From Nitrosopumilaceae archaeon (lineage in GTDB: Archaea; Thermoproteota; Nitrososphaeria; Nitrososphaerales; Nitrosopumilaceae), in NCBI GenBank assembly GCA_965214835.1, contig CBDCCK010000002.1, positions 2,368,001-2,432,000 of the forward strand: DNA of 64,000 bases, given 5' to 3'. Under the pieces are notes generated by a model. That model did not search any database. It was given only the letters and a program-made list of their open reading frames with translations, and was not told the origin of the DNA. A program made the translations under genes and the position numbers. Below, in pieces: positions 54,511-64,000 of this stretch. How positions within the stretch are numbered: the first letter of the stretch is position 1; each line of letters begins with the position of its first letter.

Positions 54511-55308
54511 ATGGGGGACGGAGAGAGGAAGGCGCTGGGATTTGTCAATCCCGAAAAAGGCGCCAGGCATTACATCCGCAGGTACCTAAACGAGCCAAAA
54601 TACAGGGACTGGTTCCATAGAAACTATCCCGACTATACAATCCACCAGGGAATCGGAATCTCAGAGGAGGAGTTCAAAAAGATCTCTAATGAGTTGGCGG
54701 GGCACGAGGCTCCTGCAGAGCACGCCGCCAAAGCCCGTGAGACGGCCGTACAAGGCAGTGCGAATGTGGATCAAAATGGGGACGATGGACTGACCCGGCT
54801 AAAGCAGTTGGCCGAGCAAATCAAGCAGGAAGACTCGGACTCGTTTTCAGAGGAGGATGAAAAGAAAATACAGCCCAAGGGGGAGGATCTTGCAAAGACG
54901 GTTTTTGACTCATACTCAGACGAGGGCGGAGGCTATGACAGGCGCACGTTTGAGGAGTTTGTAGACGAGAGAGTCCTGGTAAGCAGGGATCTGTTTGGCA
55001 AAAAAGAGATGAAGATCAAGATTCTGGAGGTCTCCGACGAGATCCAGGAGTCAAAGATCAGGTGGAAGTTCGGGGACCGGGTAAAGGTCAACAAGATTTT
55101 GGTTACAGTAAAGCACCTGGACAGCATGGAGGTGGAGGAAGGCGAGTTTGACATCGAGGCAATCGAGAAGGAGCTCGCCGAGAAGAGGCACTATTCATCG
55201 ACGAACCGCTGGATACCCTCGGGGGACATCAAAAACGGATACGTGGTCAACTCAAAACATACTGCACTGATCAGCGATGCAGTAGCCCTGGACTATATCG
55301 TGTTCTAG
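54511..55308 (+). CDS. Conserved thaumarchaeal hypothetical protein
   Basis: FVNP...HYI.RY..EP.Y.DWF..NYP N-terminal motif; acidic C-terminal domain. Confidence 0.8.
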   Translation: MGDGERKALGFVNPEKGARHYIRRYLNEPKYRDWFHRNYPDYTIHQGIGISEEEFKKISNELAGHEAPAEHAAKARETAVQGSANVDQNGDDGLTRLKQLAEQIKQEDSDSFSEEDEKKIQPKGEDLAKTVFDSYSDEGGGYDRRTFEEFVDERVLVSRDLFGKKEMKIKILEVSDEIQESKIRWKFGDRVKVNKILVTVKHLDSMEVEEGEFDIEAIEKELAEKRHYSSTNRWIPSGDIKNGYVVNSKHTALISDAVALDYIVF

Positions 55309-55557
55309 ACACGTCAAAAACCTTGAATTCTTTTCGCCCAACATGTATCAATGACTATAGCACGCACGTCAAAAACTGCAGCATAATTTTGACGCATCGT
55401 GCATATTTCGATGAGAAAAGAGCCTTTTCAACCGTGCGCATTATGTCAACCCGATTTTCCGGCTCATTCCAAGGTGCCCGGAACATGTTATCGACAGTTT
55501 GGCACTTGCAGTTGGGATTTGAAATGCAGGCCCTGCCACGGAACTAGGGAGCAAGTC

Positions 55558-55665
55558 CAGCCAAGTGAAATGTAAACGGGATTATTGCTTTTGTCCTGTT
55601 GAGGCATCGTGCCTCCTGTCCAGATTCTGTTTTTACTCGATTTCTTGGTACTTTTCACTTGGCTG
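55558..55665. mobile_element. MITE family M5 (108 bp)
   Basis: TIR CAGCCAAGTGAAA; 5-bp TSD AAGTC. Confidence 0.9.
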
Positions 55666-55918
55666 AAGTCAGCACAACTTTCATGTGTGCGCCTTGTAGA
55701 TGCCTCGGTGTCCCAAAAACTTTCCAAGGCGTTCTATCTGCCTGTCTCTTTTTACTTTCCTGATCCATGCAAACGCGGCCTCTGCTATTATCACGACCAT
55801 GCCTCCTGTTTGTCATGGGACTGGGAGACGGTAGGTGAAAGGCCATCACCTAAAGGCACCTGCAGTAGACACGAAGGATCTGAGCCAAGGCCGGGGCAAT
55901 TTGACAGGACCTGAAAAT

Positions 55919-55997
55919 TAGCTTGTCGCATAACCGTGCCTGAACGTGTAAAAACAGGCGGTCTCTTGTGTCAAGTCAGGGCTTGTGTAACAGACTA
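55919..55997. mobile_element. MITE family M2 copy
   Basis: TAGCTTGTCGCATAACCGTGCCTGAACGTG, similar to 1396-1475. Confidence 0.7.
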
Positions 55998-56222
55998 TGG
56001 AAATGGCGCGCTTATTGGATGGCTTTTGTGCATGCAAAACGTGACGGGCAAAGAGAAAAAGAAGGAGAATCAAAGAGGTGGCAGAACGATGCATAAATGA
56101 CAACAAGCTGATCTTCAATGCACTGTCCAAAATACGACGGTACATCTTACCGCCGATGACGTGCCGGGCCTGCACCACGTTGCCAAGAAAACCTTTAAAG
56201 ACCAATATCTAGAAGCTCACTT

Positions 56223-56528
56223 GTGATTACAAAGACGGTTGAGGCAAACGGTGCAAAGTTTAGGATTACGCTCACTGATCAGGTCATAAGCCAGGTAAAC
56301 AGCCTAAAGGATCTGTACAATACGGCGTATGAGGATCCGGAAAGCTTTGAGCAGGTAAGCTCGGAGATATCCTCAACCATACAGGACATTTCCACGGCAG
56401 TAGATCCAGAGCCCTCCGGCAGTGATCTAGACGACCTGATTCAGGAGATAATCAAGGTCGTGGACAACAAGGCCGCAGAAATGCAAAAAGAACTGGAGGA
56501 AAGGCCCGCAAAAAGATCCAAAAAATAA
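56223..56528 (+). CDS. Conserved hypothetical protein
   Basis: Clean ORF with TTTAAA TATA-like box upstream. Confidence 0.75.
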   Translation: MITKTVEANGAKFRITLTDQVISQVNSLKDLYNTAYEDPESFEQVSSEISSTIQDISTAVDPEPSGSDLDDLIQEIIKVVDNKAAEMQKELEERPAKRSKK

Positions 56529-56576
56529 CCTAAATATAGAAAAATTCAAGAACTAGGCCGAGGCAATACAAGGGGG

Positions 56577-56711
56577 ATGAAAATGGTCAATAGCTGCGAG
56601 TGCGGGATATGTGGGCATCACGAGGAGGCAGAATGCCTGAAAAGCGAGTGTCGGTGCTGTCTGAACTTTCACGAGAGATCCGGCCCCCGCATCAGGAATC
56701 AGTCCGCGTAG
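56577..56711 (+). CDS. Small Cys/His-rich protein (44 aa, below the ORF-track cutoff)
   Basis: MKMVNSCECGICGHHEEAECLKSECRCCLNFHERSGPRIRNQSA*. Confidence 0.6.
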   Translation: MKMVNSCECGICGHHEEAECLKSECRCCLNFHERSGPRIRNQSA

Positions 56712-56796
56712 CAGCTGCACCTTTTTGCGGCGTGCCTGCCGCAGCCAACCAGCCTGTGATCCCGGCACCCGCACAAGACGCATCTTTTTTCGGCCA

Positions 56797-57171
56797 TCAC
56801 AAGTCCTCCATGATGTGGCGTATTTTGTTAACCAGCCTTCTGTCAACAAAGGACTCTAGGATCTTGAGGCGGATGTTGTGAATCCTGTTTGCATCCTCAG
56901 AGTACAGGGGCGACATCATCCTGATTTCATGCTCAAAGGAGTACGTGTTGATATAGTCTTCGGCAGCAGCTGCCAGCTCCTTGTGGCTGGCCCGGGGGGA
57001 TTTTGAGTCCTCCACCCTGTTGACGATTGCCTGAAACAGTGCCGTGATCCTGGCAATTTCCTTGTTGATTATGGGGAGATCCCCGGGCCTGTCCTCTAGC
57101 TCAGACAGCCTCTGGTGGGAGTCCAAAACCCGGCCCAAGACATCCCTAAAGTACTCGTCATACGTGACCAT
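56797..57171 (-). CDS. Conserved hypothetical protein
   Basis: Helical ORF; YSFEHEI, RLKILES. Confidence 0.75.
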   Translation of the reverse strand: MVTYDEYFRDVLGRVLDSHQRLSELEDRPGDLPIINKEIARITALFQAIVNRVEDSKSPRASHKELAAAAEDYINTYSFEHEIRMMSPLYSEDANRIHNIRLKILESFVDRRLVNKIRHIMEDL

Positions 57172-57235
57172 GTCTGGTATAGAAAATCCAATAATCTTAA
57201 AGCTTCGTAGCCTCTGGCAGTCTAGTATCTTTAAA

Positions 57236-58594
57236 TTGGAACGCCCACAGTCAGAAGCGTTGCAGTCTGCTTACCTGAAATGCATCGAGCCGGCATGCGG
57301 GCTGGAGTATCCGATAGGGGAGGTCAGGGTCGAGTGCGACAAGGGACACCTCCTGGATGTCATGTACGGGCAAAGGCCAAGCCCGTCCCTGAAGGATGCG
57401 TTTTTGCAGAGGAGAAACCCGGGCGGGAGCATCTTCAACGAAAGCGGGGTATGGCGGTTCAGGGAGCTGCTCAACTTTTGCCAGATCGATACCGAGAACC
57501 TAGACGAGTGCGCAGAAAAACTGGTCTCTCTAGACGGGGCAGAGGGAAGGCAGTCAAAGCCGTACCAGATGTCAAAGCCTGCAGAGTTCACAGGACTGCC
57601 CACAGAAGGCCTGTGGCTGCAGCCAGAGGGGTACAACCCGAGCGGCTCCTTTAAGGACAACGGGATGGCGACCGCGGTGACGCATGCAAAGATGGCAGGG
57701 GCAGAGAAAATCGTATGCGCATCCACGGGAAACACCTCGGCATCTGCAGGGATGTTTGCCGCAAACGAGGGGATCAGCTGTGACGTCTACATCCCTGCAG
57801 GCCAGATTGCGCCGGGCAAGCTGAGCCAGGCATACCAGTTTGGGGCGCAGATAGTCCAGGTCGATGGAAACTTTGATGATGCACTGAGGCAGTCGCTGGA
57901 CGAGGCAAAGAACCACGGCGGATACACGGTCAACTCGATCAATCCGTTCAGGATAGAGGGACAAAAGACGATCCCCTTTAGGGCCCTGGAGTATCTGGAC
58001 TGGGAGGCCCCCGACTGGATCGTCTACCCCGGCGGGGCACTTGGAAACACGTCTAGCTGCGGAAAGGCGCTGATGGAGCTGTACGAGTGGGGCTGGATAA
58101 AAAAAATCCCAAGAATTGCGGTAATCAATGCAGAGGGCGCAAGCACGCTTTCGGACCTGTACAACGGGGGGTTCGAGGGCGAGAGGCTGCGCTGGAACCG
58201 GGGGAGGCCAAACACGGGGTTGATTGCAAGATACTATGATCACCTTGACAGGGAGGGCATACGCCCCAAAACAAAGGCAACTGCAATCCAGATCGGCAGG
58301 CCCGCAAACATCCTCAAGGGCCTGCGCGCACTGGAGTTTACCGACGGCGTTGTGACTACGGTAACCGATGCGGAAATGCTTGACGGCATGTCCGTAGTGG
58401 GGCTGAACGGGTTTGACTGCGAGATGGCATCAGGCGCATCGCCTGCAGGGATCAGAAAGCTGATCGGCGAGGAGATCATCAAAAGAGACGATGTCGTGGT
58501 GGGAATCCTGACGGGGAGGCAAAAAGACGCGATGCTACCCGTGGACTATCACAACAACCCGCAAAACAGGTTTGCAGTACCCCCGAGAAACTAG
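57236..58594 (+). CDS. thrC: Threonine synthase
   Basis: N-terminal Zn motif, NPSGSFKD, CASTGNTS, EGQKT; likely TTG start at 57236. Confidence 0.95.
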   Translation: MERPQSEALQSAYLKCIEPACGLEYPIGEVRVECDKGHLLDVMYGQRPSPSLKDAFLQRRNPGGSIFNESGVWRFRELLNFCQIDTENLDECAEKLVSLDGAEGRQSKPYQMSKPAEFTGLPTEGLWLQPEGYNPSGSFKDNGMATAVTHAKMAGAEKIVCASTGNTSASAGMFAANEGISCDVYIPAGQIAPGKLSQAYQFGAQIVQVDGNFDDALRQSLDEAKNHGGYTVNSINPFRIEGQKTIPFRALEYLDWEAPDWIVYPGGALGNTSSCGKALMELYEWGWIKKIPRIAVINAEGASTLSDLYNGGFEGERLRWNRGRPNTGLIARYYDHLDREGIRPKTKATAIQIGRPANILKGLRALEFTDGVVTTVTDAEMLDGMSVVGLNGFDCEMASGASPAGIRKLIGEEIIKRDDVVVGILTGRQKDAMLPVDYHNNPQNRFAVPPRN

Positions 58595-58598
58595 GCCC

Positions 58599-58707
58599 CG
58601 CACCCGTGGGATGCAGACAGGCCCGCATCATGAGCGAACCATGGAAGATGCGTTGAACGCAAAACAGAGGGCGCACCCGTGGGATGCAGACAGGCCCGCA
58701 TCATGAG
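58599..58707. repeat. 36-bp perfect direct duplication flanking a unique 37-bp insert
   Basis: CGCACCCGTGGGATGCAGACAGGCCCGCATCATGAG at 58599-58634 and 58672-58707. Confidence 0.95.
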
Positions 58708-58966
58708 GCTTCCACTGTCAGGCCCCCCATGCAGGGGCGCAACGGATCCGATCTTGGGGGCCTGGGTTGTGCGATTGCGTTCCCGTACCGGCCATGCACG
58801 AGAAGCCACGTGCATGTGTGGGGGCCGATCCGTCATGCTGGCTGCGACGGGGGCTTTAGCACAGTGAAAGCCTGTGCCTAATGGGTCGGGACAGGCTGCC
58901 GTGTGCCGGCCGTGCGGTCTAAAACTTAAAGCAGACCGTGTCCTACCGGTTTCATTGGAGAGGATC

Positions 58967-60703
58967 ATGATACTTGTGCTGGCGGCACTGGCGGCACTTG
59001 TCCCCGTATCCACGGCGCATGCAGATGCCGGCCAGGATCCGGCGCGGGCCCAGATCACGGCCGCCATGGAGCTGTACGGCGAGTCCGGGCTTGAGGCCAT
59101 AACAATGCACAGCGACAGGGAGCACTATCCGTTTGTGCTTGACAGGGGCGGCAATGTGCTGGCACACGGGGCAAACCCATCCCTTGTGGGGACGTACGCC
59201 ATGGACAGCATACGTCCTGACAAGACGCTGGAGCAGATAAACGCAGAGCTTGACGCCGACGGGGAGGCTAGGATATACTATGAGTTCCTGAATCCTGCTA
59301 GTGGCCGAGACGAGCTCAAGCACACGCTGCTGGTTCTGCATGACGGGTACATCTTTGGCAGTGGAACATATGCTGTCAGGCATGACCCGCCTGCAATGCA
59401 GTACCGGGACGGGGTATTTCTCTCTGCCATAAAGTGCAACGCGCCAAGGGAGCCGTTTCTGATGGACTCTGAGACGCCAGTATGCCTGAGGCCCACCTCG
59501 TACGAAAGGCTCTCAGAGCGCGGACATGATCTGATCGCGTACGGATCCATACCGGACTCGGATTGGGCGATGCACACAGTTACGGTCGGTATACTTGCAC
59601 CCGTCAGCGGCGGTGCTGCCGGGTACGGCCAGGACATAGCGGAGGCGGCAAAGATGGCCGCAGGTGACTTTAACGCGGTGCTAGAGGAGGGCGGCCACCC
59701 GTGGCGCCTTGATGCCACAGTATATGATACGGGTACCGACGGCAGCAGGGAGCTGGAGGGCATAAAGGCGCTAAGGGAGCAAGGAGTCCGGCTGGTCGTC
59801 GGCCCCTCAATTGACATCTTTGAGAGGGATGTGATAGACTATGCCGATGACGGCGGCATGCTGCTTTTTAGCTGCTGCTCGGTCGTGACCGGCTATGCCA
59901 CTGCAGGAGACTCGCTGATGCGCATGATATCTGATCACCGCGGCCACGGCGAGGCGCTTGCCCGGCTTATTGCAGTCGAGGGAATAAAGGTCGTGGTTCC
60001 CGCAGGCAGGGACGGCATATGGGTAACCGATCTCATGGACAGCACGAATGAGGTGTTCATCGAGGCAGGCGGCTCACAACCAGAATCCGGCGAGGGCTAC
60101 GGGGCTGATGGATTTGAGGGGGGCCTGTTCTTGGAGCCAATACTATATGACGCATCCGGACGGTTTGAGCAGCGACACCTTGAGATGCTCTCAGAGGCCG
60201 TGTCCGGTCAGCTTGACACCTACGGTAAAGACAGGGTTGCAGTCATGTTCGTAGGCTTTGAGGAGACATATGACTTTTTAGAGGAGGCCTCAAAGTACGA
60301 GGTCTTGGCCGACGTCAGGTGGTTTGGCGCCGATGCCAACACGGTACCGGCTGGCAGCGCAGAGGCGCTAGGGTTTGCAGAGGCCGTCCAGTTTACCTCC
60401 GTCCAGCCCACTGTTCCGTACGGCGACGTGACCGAGGACGTGGATGCACGTATGGCCGAGATCCTCGGCAGGCAGCCAAGCGTGTATGCCTTCTTTGCGT
60501 ATGACGCCATGCGCCTGATCGGAGAGGCAGTCCTTGACGGTCAGACCAGCTCCGCCCCCGATGTCGCAGACGGGATCGTCCAGGCGGCCTCAGAGTACGA
60601 GGGCGCAAGCGGAGGCAGTATAGAGTTTAACGAGGCAGGAGACCGAATGGAGACTGCCTATGCCGTATGGCAGATCCAGGACGGCGCGTGGGTACGGCCC
60701 TGA
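58967..60703 (+). CDS. Secreted Cache-domain + LivJ-like substrate-binding domain fusion
   Basis: Signal peptide; YPFVLD...AHG...YEFLNP...GYIFGSG (single Cache); VGILAPVSG, YDT, VGP, AYDA, GASG..I.FNEAGDR (type 1 PBP). Confidence 0.85.
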   Translation: MILVLAALAALVPVSTAHADAGQDPARAQITAAMELYGESGLEAITMHSDREHYPFVLDRGGNVLAHGANPSLVGTYAMDSIRPDKTLEQINAELDADGEARIYYEFLNPASGRDELKHTLLVLHDGYIFGSGTYAVRHDPPAMQYRDGVFLSAIKCNAPREPFLMDSETPVCLRPTSYERLSERGHDLIAYGSIPDSDWAMHTVTVGILAPVSGGAAGYGQDIAEAAKMAAGDFNAVLEEGGHPWRLDATVYDTGTDGSRELEGIKALREQGVRLVVGPSIDIFERDVIDYADDGGMLLFSCCSVVTGYATAGDSLMRMISDHRGHGEALARLIAVEGIKVVVPAGRDGIWVTDLMDSTNEVFIEAGGSQPESGEGYGADGFEGGLFLEPILYDASGRFEQRHLEMLSEAVSGQLDTYGKDRVAVMFVGFEETYDFLEEASKYEVLADVRWFGADANTVPAGSAEALGFAEAVQFTSVQPTVPYGDVTEDVDARMAEILGRQPSVYAFFAYDAMRLIGEAVLDGQTSSAPDVADGIVQAASEYEGASGGSIEFNEAGDRMETAYAVWQIQDGAWVRP

Positions 60704-61008
60704 CAGGCGGCGAGTCTGGAACATGCGTCCCGGCACGAGCAGCGATACGGGTTCATCCCCAAACAACGGGGCACAGGTTTGCACCTGGGCGCACCGGAAC
60801 CGGGAGGCCTCAGGTGCGATCAGGAAAGGCGACCCAAAATGGACGTAGGATGCCGGCGATGGTGCGACATAATTTTCATATAATACACAAGACACAGAGC
60901 ATGTCAATCCTTAAAAGCGGGTTTTTCCAACCATCAATGCCAAACATGGTGGTATCAAAATCATAATGGGTAACCGTTGTAGTTATTCTAGCAGACTAGG
61001 GGGATCAG

Positions 61009-62259
61009 ATGGCTGATCTGTGGGTAGAGGCATCTGCGCTTGCCGTCTTGATCGGACTGTCCGGCTTTTTTAGCGGCCTGGAGGTGGCCTTGGTTGGAAC
61101 CAGGATCTCAAAGGTCACCCAGCTGGTAAACGAGGGCAGAAAGGGCGCCAAGGCGCTTCACAGGCTAAAGTCCAATCCGGGCTGGATGATGGCAAGCGTA
61201 AACCTTGGAAACAACCTGGTAAACGTGGGGGCATCGGCGCTGGCTACAAGCGTGGCAATCCGAATGTTTGGAGATGACGGCCTGGGAATCGCGGTGGGGA
61301 TCATGACGTTTCTGATCCTCGTGTTCGGGGAGATTACGCCAAAGACATACTGCAATGCCAACGCCACAAAGATTGCACTAAGGTTTGCCCCCGTCCTGCT
61401 GGCGTTCAGCTATGCACTATACCCAATAGTCAAGCTGTTTGAGTACATCACGCGGGGGGTGGTAAGGATGACTGGTAGCAGCTATGTTCCCCCCCCGATT
61501 ACCGAAGAGGAGATCAAGGGGGTAATTGATCAGGGCCTGGCCGAGAAGGCGCTGGAAAAGGACGAACGGGAGCTCGTACACGGGGCGCTGGAGTTTGACG
61601 ATACCGTAATCCGCAGCGTCATGACCCCTAGGATAAAGATGTTCACGCTCCATGCCAAGATGTTTCTGTTTGAGGCACTGCCACTGATAAACCAAAACGG
61701 CCACTCCAGGATTCCGATATACAAGGAAACAAGGGATGACATAATCGGCTTTATCCATGTCCGAGACGTGCTAAAGGAGATGGAAAGGGACAAGAAGATG
61801 GTAACGCTGGATCAGATTGCAAGGGAGCCGGTTTTCGTATCACAGGAAAAGCTTGTAAGCGGACTGCTAAAGGAGATGAAGGGGCGCAAGACGCACATTG
61901 CAATCGTAATTGACGAGCACGGGGGAGTCGAGGGCCTGGTCACACTAGAGGATCTGTTAGAGGAGATAGTCGGCGAGATCGAAGACGAGAGTGACAAGGC
62001 CAGACCCAAGGGATACAGGACAATTGATCAGGATACCATAATTGCAAACGGCGATATTGAGATTGACGAGATCAACAGGATCTTCAATACGAGCGTTCCG
62101 GAGGGGGACGACTATGCAACGCTGAACGGGCTGCTGCACGAGAGGCTGCAGGACATCCCCCAGGAGGGCGACAAGGTGGAGATAGACTCGCTTCGGATCA
62201 TAGTAGAGAAGGTATCAAAAAACAGGCCCGAGGAGGTCAGGATAGAGAAGACCGGCTAG
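61009..62259 (+). CDS. CNNM/CorB (hemolysin-family) DUF21-CBS-CorC transporter
   Basis: FFSGLE, GNNLVN, FGEITPK, HSRIP, DEHGG, TLEDLLEEIVGEI. Confidence 0.95.
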   Translation: MADLWVEASALAVLIGLSGFFSGLEVALVGTRISKVTQLVNEGRKGAKALHRLKSNPGWMMASVNLGNNLVNVGASALATSVAIRMFGDDGLGIAVGIMTFLILVFGEITPKTYCNANATKIALRFAPVLLAFSYALYPIVKLFEYITRGVVRMTGSSYVPPPITEEEIKGVIDQGLAEKALEKDERELVHGALEFDDTVIRSVMTPRIKMFTLHAKMFLFEALPLINQNGHSRIPIYKETRDDIIGFIHVRDVLKEMERDKKMVTLDQIAREPVFVSQEKLVSGLLKEMKGRKTHIAIVIDEHGGVEGLVTLEDLLEEIVGEIEDESDKARPKGYRTIDQDTIIANGDIEIDEINRIFNTSVPEGDDYATLNGLLHERLQDIPQEGDKVEIDSLRIIVEKVSKNRPEEVRIEKTG

Positions 62260-63304
62260 GTCTTGCAAAGTGCTCCTGAAGCCTCTGCTTTTTTTCCTTC
62301 ATGTGAAACACCGACTCGGTGTGCGCAAACGCATCCTCGTACGGGCGGCCAAAGAGCATGGCCTGCATCAGCATGTGGTTCTCGGGGATCACAATCCCCG
62401 TCTGATCATCGGAGTACATCATCTGTACCGTGTCGCCCACTGCGGCCGTCATGTTTGCGTGTATGTGAACCATGTTCGTATCCCTGAAGCTAAACCCCAT
62501 GGCGTCTGCATAGTCGCGCACGTCCCTTGTCCCCCTCGCAGTCCACAGGATTGCCACGCCGAACTCGTCCCGAAAGACCTCGTGAATCTCAGAGGGCCTC
62601 GGCGCCGTGTCGCCGAACCTGATATCCAGGATGTGCAGGTGCATCTGCCTTGTCGGCACCTTGACGGCCCTGACAAACAGCGGCGAGTCCTCCCCGAGGT
62701 AGGTCCTGACGTCATCGCCGTGGTGGGGGCTCTGGGTCATCTCGATTGTGTCGGTCAGCTCCTTGTCGGTCTGTTCGATGTCTGCCCAGCGGCGGATCAG
62801 GGTGACGTCAAAGCGGGCCAGCCGGTCGCCGAATCTGTCCCTGAGGGGCTTGAGAATCCTGCCCATTCCGGTGACGTTGCAGCTGCCCTGCATGACGTGA
62901 CTCCTGCCTGAGGCCTTGTCATAGTTTGCACGTGAGTTAAACAGCAGGTCAGATACGGCCTCATCCCCGGAGACGGACTCTCCCCCCTGGTAGATTGCCT
63001 TGAGGCCTCGGGGCTCATACAGGCTCTTCTTGTTGGCATGTCCCCGGCCTCCGGGGGAGGCGTCAATTACCAGGTCACAGCCGTCCAGCGCAGACTCGAT
63101 TGTGCCTGCAATCTGGAAGTCTGCAAACCTGCCAAGACTCTTTTCTGGGACGTATACTGCCAGGCCCCGGGAGATGGCATCAGAGACCCCCCCGTCGGGG
63201 GAGTACTTGCCTACTCCGATGATCTCGATCTCCGGATCATCGCAGATAAAGGATGCAATCCTGCTTCCGATGGAGCCATAGCCGTTGACAAAGACCTTTT
63301 TCAT
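62237..63304 (-). CDS. gap: Archaeal type II glyceraldehyde-3-phosphate dehydrogenase
   Basis: NGYGSIG, YQGGE, SCNVTG, IVIPEN. Confidence 0.93.
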   Translation of the reverse strand: MKKVFVNGYGSIGSRIASFICDDPEIEIIGVGKYSPDGGVSDAISRGLAVYVPEKSLGRFADFQIAGTIESALDGCDLVIDASPGGRGHANKKSLYEPRGLKAIYQGGESVSGDEAVSDLLFNSRANYDKASGRSHVMQGSCNVTGMGRILKPLRDRFGDRLARFDVTLIRRWADIEQTDKELTDTIEMTQSPHHGDDVRTYLGEDSPLFVRAVKVPTRQMHLHILDIRFGDTAPRPSEIHEVFRDEFGVAILWTARGTRDVRDYADAMGFSFRDTNMVHIHANMTAAVGDTVQMMYSDDQTGIVIPENHMLMQAMLFGRPYEDAFAHTESVFHMKEKKQRLQEHFARPSRSSLS

Positions 63305-64000
63305 GCCAAGTCAGCCAAGCCGCCTTGGGAATATTAACCAACCCTGGCAGGATCCGGCCGGTCTTAATTGACGGCCCGTGGGGCATGCGGTTCGTCCCGG
63401 GAATCCCGCAATGCGTCAAGGGGCATCTGATGCCTACAGGTGCGGGGTGGTTTTTGCATCCCCCGCGCCAGGAAGCACCTTGCCGCAGCCGTCATGCAGG
63501 CTCCCGGCATCGACGAGTTTTGGATTCTGCCAAGATCATTTTTGAACATGGTGCCAAGTACGAGTGATGCAGGTACCTGCAGCCGTTGTTTTTTGCCGTG
63601 TGTACAGCATGCCTTTGATCGAAGCGTGCCCTGCGACTGTCCGACAGAGAATCCTGCATGCGTACAGGAGGAAAGAACCGGGGGAGGTGCGCCAGTGCAT
63701 CCGTGTCCGATGCCGCCTACGGCGACCTTGTCCCTGCCGCCCCGTCACGGTTCACCAAAAAGCTCTTGAGACCCCAGGCGATCAGCTGGAATACGGCGGG
63801 CGGCAGGTGCGGATTCCCTTCATAGGCATCATAGTTGAAGTCGACTAGGGCAGCCTCCAGTATTTCGCGGTTTTTTGCGATTACAAAGTCCTCGCGTTCT
63901 GATCGCGAGGCCCCCTCGGCCTCCATTTTTTTCAGTCCGGCCCGAATCTCATCTGCCAAGGCAAGAATCCTGCGGCGGGTTGGGTCAAGATGTCCTTTCG

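Noticed and set aside
55310-55376. CACGTCAAAAAC direct repeat
   Set aside because: 12 bp only; does not fit the scar geometry.
57044-57235. Extended thrC N-terminus
   Set aside because: Overlaps a divergent gene; recognisable thrC sequence starts near 57236.
58599-58707. Canonical CRISPR array
   Set aside because: Only two repeats, no leader or cas genes, and the repeat is not shared with the other scars. Reported as a repeat and a finding instead.
63400-64000. Possible transposase remnant on the minus strand
   Set aside because: Cut by the window edge and without a clear catalytic motif.

Overview
Chromosomal segment of an ammonia-oxidising archaeon (Nitrosopumilaceae-type Thaumarchaeota), judged from an SlaA-like S-layer gene, archaeal type II GAPDH, Hjc, thiolase/DUF35 and a block of conserved Nitrosopumilus-like genes. 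The very high IS/MITE load and many pseudogenes suggest a host-associated lineage (inference). Bases 1-28 kb are an eroded surface-glycosylation/S-layer region. Bases 28-64 kb are mostly core genes (tRNA-Phe, PduO, ilvA, purEK, thrC, GAPDH) with further insertions. At least 12 IS copies or remnants are present (IS66/ISBst12-like, IS5-like, IS630, ISH3, IS481), plus several MITE families. Removing each IS and one target duplication by hand restores four in-frame genes: a GT-C glycosyltransferase fused to LamG, an S-layer paralogue ending in a blue-copper domain, a secreted protein followed by a small membrane ORF, and a ParB-N/HEPN-like gene paired with a Dam-type methylase. The most unusual signal is three unrelated sites where 36-37 bp of ordinary host sequence is duplicated around a unique 34-37 bp insert. 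This is the geometry expected of ectopic CRISPR-type spacer integration, but no cas gene lies in the window. All family calls come from motif recognition, not database searches.
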